The notes below the pieces were generated by a model that did not search any database, had not been told where the DNA came from, and saw only the letters and a program-made list of their open reading frames with translations. The translations under genes were made by a program, and so were the position numbers. From contig MFUZ01000009.1 of assembly GCA_001785865.1 (NCBI GenBank), positions 15,309 to 79,308 of the forward strand: DNA of 64,000 bases, in the 5' to 3' direction. The DNA comes from Candidatus Nomurabacteria bacterium RIFCSPLOWO2_01_FULL_41_18. Its GTDB lineage: Bacteria > Patescibacteriota > Minisyncoccia > Phycocordibacterales > UBA9973. Shown here piece after piece: positions 1 to 9,419 of this stretch (the stretch's first letter is position 1; the number at the start of each line of letters is the position of its first letter).

Positions 1-939
1 TTGGTGAATGCCCACAACATTGATGTCACCCCTCTTGATCCCAACAAGATCACTACTCTCAAGTTCCATTCATCCGCTTCGGGTGAATTTGAACCCTGCA
101 CAAAAACAGTTACATCGCATAATTGGCCATTGGACTTCTTTATGAACACAATTACAGGCAATGGTGTAACATCGGACTATGAAGGATTTGGGTTTGCATT
201 AAGTGAAGATGGCAACTGGCCCTATCCTCTTGTTCCTTATACGCCAGGAAATGATCCAGCTCAAATCTTGGGCACCCCCGACCCTACATGTGTCACGGAA
301 GTTCAGCTGACTCCTGCGACATGGAATAATACGTTGATTGATTTTACTCAATCGCCGACAGTCCAAAGCGATACCGGCACAATTCTAAAACGTTCTGACT
401 CCTCAATCAAACTGTCAAGTGGATCACCAGTGTGGCTCGCTACGCTTGTTTCCAGCACTAATCCATTAAATGTGATTTCCTTTGATACTGAATTCATCAG
501 TTTAAGTGGAGCTCAAGGATTATTGACGGTTGTCTGGGACGACCAAGTCATCGGTTCAATTGACGAACGTATTGTCAGTAATAATCATTACACGTTCAGG
601 TACCCAAATTCAATCGCGAACAGCAGTCATACTCTGGGACTCCGTCTCGATTCGTTCACGAATATTCAGTCAATCGTAGCGATTACAAACATTGTTCTTA
701 ATCAGGTTGGTGTTAGCCAGCCATTCTCGCTATCTATAGGAAGCGAGATAACAAATGGCGTGCGAATCTATCAGTTAACAGGAGAGGCGGGGTTTGAATA
801 TAACGTTCAGTCCTCTGTCAATCTCGTTGACTGGAATGACATCGCTGTCCTTAAAAACACGAACGGAGCTGTCCGATTCTTCGATCAAAGCTCAACGAAC
901 TACCCGATGAGATTCTACAGGGCAGTTGCACCGTATTAA
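1..939 (+). CDS. C-terminal fragment of a hypothetical (probably secreted) protein; 5' end lies outside the window
   Basis: Open frame from base 1 to the stop at 939; no recognisable motif. Confidence 0.35.
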   Translation: MVNAHNIDVTPLDPNKITTLKFHSSASGEFEPCTKTVTSHNWPLDFFMNTITGNGVTSDYEGFGFALSEDGNWPYPLVPYTPGNDPAQILGTPDPTCVTEVQLTPATWNNTLIDFTQSPTVQSDTGTILKRSDSSIKLSSGSPVWLATLVSSTNPLNVISFDTEFISLSGAQGLLTVVWDDQVIGSIDERIVSNNHYTFRYPNSIANSSHTLGLRLDSFTNIQSIVAITNIVLNQVGVSQPFSLSIGSEITNGVRIYQLTGEAGFEYNVQSSVNLVDWNDIAVLKNTNGAVRFFDQSSTNYPMRFYRAVAPY

Positions 940-984
940 GTAATTAGTTAGTCACAACACAGAGCTTGCTTCGGTAAGCTCTTT

Positions 985-1323
985 TTATTTACTATTTCTA
1001 AGTTTTATAAATTTTATAATCGAACCTACTAGAGAACCAAAAACAAACCACACGGCAGTTCCGGCTATTGTATATTCAATTACGGACAAGGAAATTATAT
1101 TTTTAAAAGACCAGAAAGGAATCCATGGAATAGCAAAAGGCAAACATTCAAATCCTAAGCCCGTATAGCCTGGTACCATAATTATATATTCACAAAAACT
1201 TGTTAGAAAAGTAGAAACAAGAGAAATTCCACCTCCGATCACCCCTCCTCGTAGCCAGTAAGGCATTTTTTTCCAAAAGCTCATAAAGCTAATTCTAGCA
1301 TATGGAAAGCTAGGATTTTTCAC
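985..1323 (-). CDS. Small hypothetical membrane protein (112 aa)
   Basis: ORF with 2-3 hydrophobic helices; convergent with the previous gene. Confidence 0.35.
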   Translation of the reverse strand: MKNPSFPYARISFMSFWKKMPYWLRGGVIGGGISLVSTFLTSFCEYIIMVPGYTGLGFECLPFAIPWIPFWSFKNIISLSVIEYTIAGTAVWFVFGSLVGSIIKFIKLRNSK

Positions 1324-1353
1324 AAGAATGTTTATAAATGCTACAATACCGCT

Positions 1354-1983
1354 ATGGTATTTAATTTTGATTTCGGGGACATAAAAGTTGTTTTAGGAAT
1401 AATTGCTGGGGTAATCGCCTTTTTAGCCTATATTGTTTATATTATTTCAATATTCAGGGGTGGTTCGAAACCCAACCGAGCGACGTGGTGGATTTGGTCT
1501 TTCATGGGTTTGGTAATCGGAATAAGTTATTATGCCTCCGGCGCTGTTAATACAATATGGGTCCCCTTTGTTGAATTTATCGGACCTTTTTCTATAGCAC
1601 TATTATCTATTAAATATGGAGAAGGAGGATTAAATAACAAAACTGATTTAATTTGTCTATTTGGCGCAATTTTTAGTATTATTCTATGGGTTATATTCAA
1701 TAATCCAGTAGTCGCCCTTGTAACTAATTTATTGATTGACTCTTTTGCAATAGTGCCCACTATTAAAAAATCATACTTGCGACCAGAAGGAGAAGACTTT
1801 TGGGCATGGTTCGGTACGGGAGTCGCAGATAGCTTGAATATGTTTGCTGTGGAAAGATTTACTTTCGCAATTTTATTATACCCTATATATATGCTTGTTT
1901 CTGATCTCATAATAATTTTTATACTTCTTTTAAGAAAGAAGGGTATAATGAAAGATATAAGTTTTCTTACGAAGCATAATTAA
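1354..1983 (+). CDS. Hypothetical polytopic membrane protein (209 aa)
   Basis: ORF with several hydrophobic segments; followed immediately by the SET-domain gene. Confidence 0.45.
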   Translation: MVFNFDFGDIKVVLGIIAGVIAFLAYIVYIISIFRGGSKPNRATWWIWSFMGLVIGISYYASGAVNTIWVPFVEFIGPFSIALLSIKYGEGGLNNKTDLICLFGAIFSIILWVIFNNPVVALVTNLLIDSFAIVPTIKKSYLRPEGEDFWAWFGTGVADSLNMFAVERFTFAILLYPIYMLVSDLIIIFILLLRKKGIMKDISFLTKHN

Positions 1984-1986
1984 ACC

Positions 1987-2529
1987 ATGAAAATCTACAT
2001 CGGGGAGAGTAAATTGCACGGGAAAGGAATTTTTGCAAAAAAAGATATAAAAAAAGGTGATATCGTTTTTATTATCAAAGGAGAGAAAGTTAATTTTTTA
2101 ATACACAACAAAAAGCAAGCAAAAATTGCTGGTTTTAACTGGATTGGAATAAGAAAAAATACTTGGATTAACCCTATAAACCACGGTTTGTACATAAATC
2201 ATTCCTGTGAACCAAATTGTGCCATTAAAGGAAGAGTTACGGCTGCAGCAATCCGTGATATTAAAAAAAATGAAGAAATAACTTTCGATTATTCATTGAA
2301 TGAGGCAGATATTTTTTGGTACATCAAATGCTATTGCGGTTCGAAAAATTGCAGAAAAACAATTAGGTCAATTCAGTTTTTGCATCCAAAAAAATTTTCC
2401 GGGCATGAATCACATATCCCAAAAGATTTTAGAAAAATTTACAAAAAGTTTAATGCATTTAAATTCAAAAATCAGAAAAAATTACAAACTGAATGGGTAA
2501 ATTTTATTAAAAAGGATTTTAATGTATAA
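1987..2529 (+). CDS. SET-domain protein (putative protein-lysine methyltransferase)
   Basis: SET motifs NHSCEPNC and ITFDY plus a post-SET Cys cluster CYCGSKNC. Confidence 0.75.
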   Translation: MKIYIGESKLHGKGIFAKKDIKKGDIVFIIKGEKVNFLIHNKKQAKIAGFNWIGIRKNTWINPINHGLYINHSCEPNCAIKGRVTAAAIRDIKKNEEITFDYSLNEADIFWYIKCYCGSKNCRKTIRSIQFLHPKKFSGHESHIPKDFRKIYKKFNAFKFKNQKKLQTEWVNFIKKDFNV

Positions 2530-2689
2530 TAAATACATGGTAGATAAAAAATCAAAAATATTTTTCCTTATATTTATTTCACTTGCAATTGTGTCAATTA
2601 TAATTACTTATAACAAATATGTAATTAATAATGATTTCGAAGTATTCCAAGATGAGGAGGCATTTAACGAATCTTTATTAGAGGAATAA
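2522..2689 (+). CDS. Possible small membrane protein (about 55 aa, MYNKYMVDKKSKIFFLIFISLAIVSIII...)
   Basis: Short ORF overlapping the SET stop codon and ending 4 nt before the kinase start; single TM helix; below the ORF-track cutoff. Confidence 0.2.
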   Translation: MYNKYMVDKKSKIFFLIFISLAIVSIIITYNKYVINNDFEVFQDEEAFNESLLEE

Positions 2690-2693
2690 TCAT

Positions 2694-4349
2694 ATGGATA
2701 TGATAACTCAAACATTTATAGAATTGTGCGAATGGGATTCATCAAGATTTTTGATTTTTTCTGACAATGTATTTGGAACTTTGATTTATTATTCGCATTT
2801 TCTTGCAATGATTTTGGCCTTGGTGGTTGGTTTCTTTGTATTTTCTCAAAATAAAAAAGGTTTAGTAAATAAATTATTATTTTTTATAATGCTTTTTTTC
2901 GCGACATGGACATTCCTCGACCTTGTCCTTTGGGCAAATGAAAGGCCTGATTTTATAATGTTTTTTTGGTCGTTAATTCTTTTAGTGGAACCCCTTGTGT
3001 ATGCTCTATGTGTGTACTTTATTTATGTTTTCATTGAAAAAAAGGATATAAGCTTTAAAAAAAAGATTGGAATATTTTCGTTGTTATTACCAATCATAGT
3101 TTTATTACCAACACAGCTTGCACTTGTTTCATTCGATCTATCAAACTGTTTTAGAGAACCAATTGAAGGACCCATAGCTACATATTATATATATATAACA
3201 GAAACCATATATTTATTCTGGATACTCCTATACGCTTTTAAGGCGTACTACAAAGCCACCGAAATAATGCGAAAGCAAATCATTCTTGTTACTTTTGGTA
3301 TAATACTTTTTCTTTTAAGCTTTGTTTCAGGAAATATAATCGGAAGTATAACTGAGGATTGGACTCTTGCACAAATCGGTCTTTTCTGTATGCCTCTGTT
3401 TGCACTATTTTTAGGGTACATGATTGTAAAGTTTAAAACATTTAATGCAAAATTGATTGGGACACAAGCTCTTGTTGCTGCTCTTGGATTTTCAGTCCTA
3501 GGAATTATTTTCATTCGAAGTATAGACAATGTTAGAGCAGTTGCAATAGCAACACTTCTACTTATTATAATTATGGGTGACCTCTTGATAAGAAGTGTTA
3601 AAAGAGAAATAAAGCAGAAAGAAGAGCTAGCCAAACTTAATGTTGAACTTGAAAAATTGATCAAACAACGTGAAAGCTTGATGCATCTCATCAACCACAA
3701 AGTGAAAGGTTCGTTTACTCATTCCAAATATGTCTTTGCGGGCATATTGGATGGAACTTTTGGAGACATAAATGAAGAAGTCAGGAGGAGATCCGAACAG
3801 GGCCTCGAGGCAAACGACAACGGCATCAAGACCATTGATCTGATTTTGAACGCTGCGAACTTGCAACAAGGTCTCATCAAATACGAAATGAAAAAGGTAG
3901 ACTTTAAAGATGTAGTCTCAAAATCATTCTCTGAAAAAAAGATCCCCGCGGAAAAGAAGGGCCTGAAAATAGAAAAGGAAGTTGGGGAAAGTGATTATAC
4001 CGTACCAGGAGATGCTTTCTGGCTACAAGAAGCGGTAAATAATCTTATCGACAATTCCGTCAAATACACCAAGGAAGGAGGGATATTCATCTCGCTCAAG
4101 CGGAATGCTGGAAAAATATTGCTGTCAGTCAGAGATACCGGCATGGGCATCACCCCGGAAGACAAGAAGAACTTGTTTACCGAAGGCGGCCGCGGCAAGG
4201 ACTCGATCAGGGTAAACGTGGACTCGACCGGCTATGGCCTCTATTCGGTCAAACTCATCATCGAAGCGCATAAGGGCAAAGTCTGGGTAGAATCTGAAGG
4301 CGAAGGCAAGGGCTCCACTTTCTATATCGAATTGCCAGCGGTAGAATAA
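2694..4349 (+). CDS. Sensor histidine kinase with about 8 N-terminal TM helices (orphan, no adjacent response regulator)
   Basis: C-terminal HATPase_c motifs (NLIDNSVKYT, DTGMGI, GYGLYSVKLIIEAHKG); coiled-coil linker; hydrophobic N-terminal half. Confidence 0.8.
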   Translation: MDMITQTFIELCEWDSSRFLIFSDNVFGTLIYYSHFLAMILALVVGFFVFSQNKKGLVNKLLFFIMLFFATWTFLDLVLWANERPDFIMFFWSLILLVEPLVYALCVYFIYVFIEKKDISFKKKIGIFSLLLPIIVLLPTQLALVSFDLSNCFREPIEGPIATYYIYITETIYLFWILLYAFKAYYKATEIMRKQIILVTFGIILFLLSFVSGNIIGSITEDWTLAQIGLFCMPLFALFLGYMIVKFKTFNAKLIGTQALVAALGFSVLGIIFIRSIDNVRAVAIATLLLIIIMGDLLIRSVKREIKQKEELAKLNVELEKLIKQRESLMHLINHKVKGSFTHSKYVFAGILDGTFGDINEEVRRRSEQGLEANDNGIKTIDLILNAANLQQGLIKYEMKKVDFKDVVSKSFSEKKIPAEKKGLKIEKEVGESDYTVPGDAFWLQEAVNNLIDNSVKYTKEGGIFISLKRNAGKILLSVRDTGMGITPEDKKNLFTEGGRGKDSIRVNVDSTGYGLYSVKLIIEAHKGKVWVESEGEGKGSTFYIELPAVE

Positions 4350-4387
4350 AGAACAACCAAACTCGTTGCAGGTCATTCGACTCTGAG

Positions 4388-4425
4388 AGTCTCAGACTCG
4401 ATGAGCGCACTTTTTGAGAGGCCTT
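4388..4425 (+). terminator. Palindromic hairpin (tcgactctgagagtctcagactcga) plus T-run downstream of the kinase gene
   Basis: 12-bp near-perfect palindrome followed by ttttt at 4421-4425; sits in a locally GC-rich patch. Confidence 0.4.
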
Positions 4426-4560
4426 TCGCAGCGCGACGGCGCGAGAAGTTCGCTCCGCGAGCACGCGGAGATAGATTGCCTATCAAAAAGTGTGCCAAGA
4501 AAGAGTTTGGTTACATTTGCAATAATAAAATTAGTTTGCTATTCTTTATTTACAAGTAAA

Positions 4561-4761
4561 TATATCAAGAGTGGCGACGATCCTCCTTCGTAAAACTACG
4601 GACGGAGAGCGAGAATTGGCTTGATGACTCGCCCGGCAACCTAGCTATACGTTTTAGGCAAAGGTGCTAAATCCAACCAAATGCTGATAAGACAGCATGA
4701 GGAGAGATAAGTATGCCTAGTCGACATAAAATTCTTTCCTCATTAGTTTGAGGATTTTTTT
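4561..4761 (+). promoter_or_regulatory. SAM-I (S-box) riboswitch with intrinsic terminator expression platform, upstream of metK
   Basis: Conserved S-box blocks ATCAAGAG.GG, CCCGGCAACC, AAGGTGCTAAATCC and a GATAAG P1 3' strand; terminator tcctca-ttagtt-tgagga+T7 at 4737-4761; tgagga at 4698-4703 can alternatively pair with the terminator 5' arm (antiterminator). Confidence 0.75.
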
Positions 4762-4777
4762 ATTCAAAAAATTATTT

Positions 4778-5890
4778 ATGTTTTACAAGCACAATGGCAG
4801 TTATACAGTCGAGAGCGTTACTTCTGGGCATCCGGACAAAGTCTGCGACCAGATTTCCGACTCAATTTTAGACGCTTACTTGAAAGCCGACCCCAAAAGC
4901 CGGGTCGCAGTCGAAACTTTTGGCGGGCATGGCAAGCTAGTGATCGGCGGAGAAGTAACTTCCAAAGGAAAAGTGGATTACGCCAAAATAGCGCAGGATG
5001 TCTATAAGAAAATCGGCTATAACAACAAGCTCGATATCTCCGCGCGTATCGTCACTCAGTCCCCTGACATAGCGATGGGGGTGGACACCGGCGGGGCGGG
5101 AGATCAAGGCATAATGTATGGCTACGCCACCAATGAAACTCCGGAATTTCTGCCGAAAGGGGTAGTCCTAGCGCACAAGCTCGCAAGCCGCCTCGAAGAG
5201 ATGCGAAAAAGAGGCAAAATAAAATGGCTCAAGCCGGACGGCAAGACGCAAGTCACTTACAGAGACGGCAAGCTTCACACTGTCCTCGTGAGCACCCAGC
5301 ACGCCAAAAATGTGAGCCAGGAAGAAATCAAAAAAGAGATCACTAAAAAAATAATCCACCCTCTCCTCACTCCTCTCGAAAGAAAAACAGCGAAAATATT
5401 GGTAAACCCGACTGGACACTTCGTCTCCGGAGGATTCGAAGCGGACACCGGTCTCACTGGGCGCAAACTGATGGTGGACACTTATGGAGGCCTAGTCCCC
5501 CATGGCGGAGGCTGTTTCTCCGGCAAAGATGCCACCAAGGTAGACCGCTCCGGCGCCTATATGTGCCGATATGCGGCCAAAAGCTTGGTCGCCGGCGGTT
5601 ATGGCAAAGAAGTATTGGTATCGGTCGCCTATGCGATCGGGGTAGCGGAACCGCTCATGGTAGAAGCTATCAACGAAAAAGGAGAAGATTTGTCGCAAAT
5701 CGTCCGCGAAAATTTTGATTTTCGTCCGCTCGCCATCATTGAGAGCCTCGGTTTGCGCAATCCCATCTTTAAGGGAACTGCTGCATACGGGCATTTCGGC
5801 AAGGGAAACCTGCCTTGGGAAAAGATCAAAAAAATAAATAAAAAACACCAGAATCCTAATGTTTTTTACGAGCTTAGCAAGCAATTATAA
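4778..5890 (+). CDS. metK: S-adenosylmethionine synthetase
   Basis: GHPDKVCDQISD signature and GGGCFSGKD P-loop; start placed at MFYKHNGS after the riboswitch terminator (the ORF-track start at 4748 lies inside the terminator). Confidence 0.9.
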   Translation: MFYKHNGSYTVESVTSGHPDKVCDQISDSILDAYLKADPKSRVAVETFGGHGKLVIGGEVTSKGKVDYAKIAQDVYKKIGYNNKLDISARIVTQSPDIAMGVDTGGAGDQGIMYGYATNETPEFLPKGVVLAHKLASRLEEMRKRGKIKWLKPDGKTQVTYRDGKLHTVLVSTQHAKNVSQEEIKKEITKKIIHPLLTPLERKTAKILVNPTGHFVSGGFEADTGLTGRKLMVDTYGGLVPHGGGCFSGKDATKVDRSGAYMCRYAAKSLVAGGYGKEVLVSVAYAIGVAEPLMVEAINEKGEDLSQIVRENFDFRPLAIIESLGLRNPIFKGTAAYGHFGKGNLPWEKIKKINKKHQNPNVFYELSKQL

Positions 5891-6093
5891 TTTTATAACC
5901 AAGAGTACGCCGATTACGATTGCTGCGACTGCGCTGATGACCCGGGAATACTTGAACGGATAAAAATGGCTGATGCCAAACACAAGAAAGAAAACGACTT
6001 GCGCTAGAGTTAGTACTGACATAAAAAAATGGTAAAAGAAATTAATAAGCGACCTGTGTTTATTGTAACACGTTTACAACCCAAATAGCACCA

Positions 6094-7008
6094 TTATTTC
6101 TTGATCTGGCCTGCAGCCAGGCGAGTCATTATTTCCCGCACAGCCTTTTCAGTGTTGGTGATAATGACAGAATTATCATCTGCAAAGACGTACATTAGAG
6201 CTATCTTCCTGTCCTCTATGCTGTCTTTTTCATATAAAATGCGCGCATTTTTGTTACCCACAATACCGTCCTCAAAATCAGCAGTGAGAAGATAATTATT
6301 TTCAGTCGTTACCGTTTGGCCCAAAAATTTGTATAAGTCGAGAAACATCTTGTCTTCCCAGAGGCGGAGCGTATCAAAGACATCTGCGATGGAACGGACT
6401 TTAAGCAAAATAAAAAAGTCGTCTGTTTGATTTTTTACTGCCCCCATCAGGAAACTATCGCTCACAAAGCTGACGGTTCCGGAACCATCCGTGAGGGGCT
6501 GATCCGGCTTCGGCTCGAAATTTGCTTTGATAAGGGTGAAGAATTCCCGGAGCCCTATGATCTTGTTCTTGTCGTAAGTAAGATAAATGCCTTCCACGCC
6601 TCCGTTTTTGACTTCTGTTGCATTGACGGCGTTCACTACCGCCTGCATTATTTTTTCTTTTTTGAGATCTTTCACCTCGATAAAAGTGCTCTGGTCAAGG
6701 AAGATAATAGGCGAAAACTGCTGCCCTACCGGCACAGTCGGAACTTTAGTCTTGGAAAAGAAGTACACCAGAGTCACAACACCGAGTATTATGAACAATC
6801 CGCCCACCATCATAAAGAATTGGTTCTTTTTTGATTCTGGAGAGAGATTCCTCTTTTCTTTTTCATGCTGTTCTTCTCCATGGATTATTTTTTTTACGAG
6901 GCCAGTCTTGTCATCTTCAATCACCTTCACCATGTCATCGGCGTAAGTTTGAACGATCTTGTTGCCAATTTCGGCCCCTTGGAGATTATTTTTATTTTCT
7001 TTTTCCAT
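6094..7008 (-). CDS. Hypothetical single-pass membrane protein with a large extracytoplasmic domain
   Basis: 304-aa ORF; charged N-terminus, one TM (FFMMVGGLFIILGVVTLVYFF). Confidence 0.45.
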   Translation of the reverse strand: MEKENKNNLQGAEIGNKIVQTYADDMVKVIEDDKTGLVKKIIHGEEQHEKEKRNLSPESKKNQFFMMVGGLFIILGVVTLVYFFSKTKVPTVPVGQQFSPIIFLDQSTFIEVKDLKKEKIMQAVVNAVNATEVKNGGVEGIYLTYDKNKIIGLREFFTLIKANFEPKPDQPLTDGSGTVSFVSDSFLMGAVKNQTDDFFILLKVRSIADVFDTLRLWEDKMFLDLYKFLGQTVTTENNYLLTADFEDGIVGNKNARILYEKDSIEDRKIALMYVFADDNSVIITNTEKAVREIMTRLAAGQIKK

Positions 7009-7030
7009 ATATTTGCTTAAACAAACAAGT

Positions 7031-9196
7031 TTAAGGCTTCTTAAAGAAATCTTTATCTGCTTCCTTGATAGACAGGCCGATCCTGCCTTTTTCTCTGTCG
7101 ATAGAAATGACCTTGACCGGCACGATCATCCCTTCCTTTATTATATCGCTAACTCGTTCCACGCGAAATGGCGCCAATTCTGAGATGTGAACCATGCCGT
7201 CGGTAAATGCATTCAGCCCCACAAAAGCCCCGAAGTCGGCTATTTTTACGACTTCACCTTTCAATATTTCGCCTACGGTAAATTCATGGGTCATGTCGAG
7301 AACTATGGTCTTCGCTTTCTCTGCGCTATCCCCTTTACCGGTAAAATAAACCGTGCCATCGTCCTCGATAGTTATTTCCGCTCCGGTCTTTTCCTTGATC
7401 TCTTTAATAGTTTTTCCTCCCCCGCCGATCACCATACCAATCATCTCCGGATTGATCTTGATGATCAATATTTTCGGCGCGCTCGGCGATATATCGGGGC
7501 GAGGGGCGCTTATCTCTTTTTCAATCACATCCAAGATCGCCATGCGGGCACTCTTTGCTTGCTCCATGGCTTCACTCAATATTTTTATCGGCACTCCTTC
7601 CACTTTCACATCTAGTTGTATTGCCGTGACTCCAGTCCTCGTACCGGCCACTTTGAAATCCATGTCACCATGATGATCTTCGGGGCCTTGGATATCAGTC
7701 AAAATTTTGTACTCAAAATTTTGACCCTGAGCGGAGCCGAAGGGTAATCCCTCGACAGAAACTCGGGACTTTGCTTCGCGCAGCATCAGCCCCATCGCGA
7801 TGCCGGCGACAGGCGCCTTGATCGGCACTCCGCCGTCCATGAGAGCAAGTGAGGAAGCACAGATCGAAGCTTGAGAAGTCGAACCGTTCGAAGCCATTGA
7901 TTCCGAGACCAAACGCATCGTGTAGGGAAAATCCGCCACAGCAGGCAATACCATGGCGAGAGCTTTTTCAGCGAGTGCTCCATGGCCGACTTCGCGACGG
8001 TTGGTAAACCCTGCCCTTCCTGTTTCGCCGGCAGAGTACGGAGGAAAGTTGTAATGATGCATAAATCTTTTTTCAACTTTGAGCTGAAGACCATCCACTA
8101 GATTCCTGTCTTCTGGTCCGCCCAAAGTGAGCACCGAAAGAACATGCGTGCCTCCGCGATAAAAGATCCCCGAGCCATGCAGTATCGTCGAGAGCCCTCC
8201 AGCTTGCGCAAAAAGATCTCGAACTTCATCCATTTTTCTGCCATCAGCACGTTTATTTTCTTCAATTGCTTTTTTGTGGAGAATGTCGTTTTCTGTATCG
8301 TCAAATAAATTATCTTCTAGACTGAAATCTTCTCTGTCTGTATACTTTTCGGCCACCATCTTGTTCCAAACGTTGTGGAGCGCATCTATTTTGGCTTTGC
8401 CTGCTCCGGAAAAGATAGCTTCCTCCATTTTTGGTAATATTTCCGCGTTGAATAATTTTACTGACTCGGGGTCGATCGTCTCTTTTGGGATGACTCTCTT
8501 TTCTTTCCCGATTTCAGCCACGATGCTCTTCTGAAAATTTTCCAATTTAGTGATCTCCTCGCTCGCTTTAAGCAGAGCTTCGGTGAGCTCCGCTTCTGCC
8601 GTCTGGTGGGCGGATGCCTCAATCATATTGATATGGGTATTTCTCCCGCACACCGTGAGATCAAACTGATATTTCGTATCATCTTGGCGCAAACTCTGGG
8701 AAGGATTTATTTTCAAGCTCTCATCATCGTACTTTCCGATACGTACACAACCGATAGGCCCGTTCCACGGGATATTCGACACTGCAAGCGCGAGCGAAGC
8801 GGCATTCACCGCTAGAATAGTCGGGTCGTTATCGTCGACAGAGATCACCGTCACTATCACCTGCACCGCATGCCGGATAGACTGGTCAAACAGCGGTCGC
8901 AAAGTCCGGTCGATGACTCGGCTCGCGAGGATGGCATCTTCGGATGGCTTGCCTTCTCTCCTTACAAAACGTGAACCTAAAATTTTTCCGGCCGCATAAA
9001 ACTTTTCTGCATAATCCACCGTCAGATTGAAATAGCCCAGACCCTTTTGGCTGTCGTGCGACATACAGACAGTGGCGAGGACTATCGTCTCGCCGTATTT
9101 GAGCATCACTGATCCGTGAGCTTGTTCCGCTAAATCGGTAAAAACAGCTGTCATTTTTTTACCTCCGATCTCCACACTATATTCTTTTTTTTGCAT
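7031..9196 (-). CDS. pnp: Polyribonucleotide nucleotidyltransferase (PNPase)
   Basis: Two RNase PH-like cores plus C-terminal KH and S1 (GEILKGEVVKIADFGAFV); 721 aa. Confidence 0.92.
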   Translation of the reverse strand: MQKKEYSVEIGGKKMTAVFTDLAEQAHGSVMLKYGETIVLATVCMSHDSQKGLGYFNLTVDYAEKFYAAGKILGSRFVRREGKPSEDAILASRVIDRTLRPLFDQSIRHAVQVIVTVISVDDNDPTILAVNAASLALAVSNIPWNGPIGCVRIGKYDDESLKINPSQSLRQDDTKYQFDLTVCGRNTHINMIEASAHQTAEAELTEALLKASEEITKLENFQKSIVAEIGKEKRVIPKETIDPESVKLFNAEILPKMEEAIFSGAGKAKIDALHNVWNKMVAEKYTDREDFSLEDNLFDDTENDILHKKAIEENKRADGRKMDEVRDLFAQAGGLSTILHGSGIFYRGGTHVLSVLTLGGPEDRNLVDGLQLKVEKRFMHHYNFPPYSAGETGRAGFTNRREVGHGALAEKALAMVLPAVADFPYTMRLVSESMASNGSTSQASICASSLALMDGGVPIKAPVAGIAMGLMLREAKSRVSVEGLPFGSAQGQNFEYKILTDIQGPEDHHGDMDFKVAGTRTGVTAIQLDVKVEGVPIKILSEAMEQAKSARMAILDVIEKEISAPRPDISPSAPKILIIKINPEMIGMVIGGGGKTIKEIKEKTGAEITIEDDGTVYFTGKGDSAEKAKTIVLDMTHEFTVGEILKGEVVKIADFGAFVGLNAFTDGMVHISELAPFRVERVSDIIKEGMIVPVKVISIDREKGRIGLSIKEADKDFFKKP

Positions 9197-9419
9197 ATGA
9201 TTCCCGCTCTAGACGGGCGATCCGCCAAAGGCGGACAGGGTTCGTGTCCAGACTACAGTGTTGTTTCATTTTTATTTTCCGTTTTATGGGCGGATTGAAA
9301 CACTACTTTGTGTCTAGACGCGAACTGATTAACTAATAAAGTCTAATGAACTATTGATTATATTAGCATTTTGAGGTAAAAAAGCAACGGATCTTATATT
9401 ACACTAAATGTTTCAACAG

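Noticed and set aside
1530-1910. Antisense ORFs embedded in larger genes (for example 1530-1910 minus, 3248-3700 minus, 5492-5884 minus, 20822-21649 plus, 27731-28447 minus)
   Set aside because: These are shadow ORFs lying fully inside well-supported genes on the opposite strand. They have low-complexity translations and no independent signals.
9197-9330. Structured pnp 5' leader with two TCTAGACG-containing segments
   Set aside because: The two segments are direct rather than complementary. Only short local hairpins (tccgcc/ggcgga) are convincing. Evidence is insufficient for a defined element.
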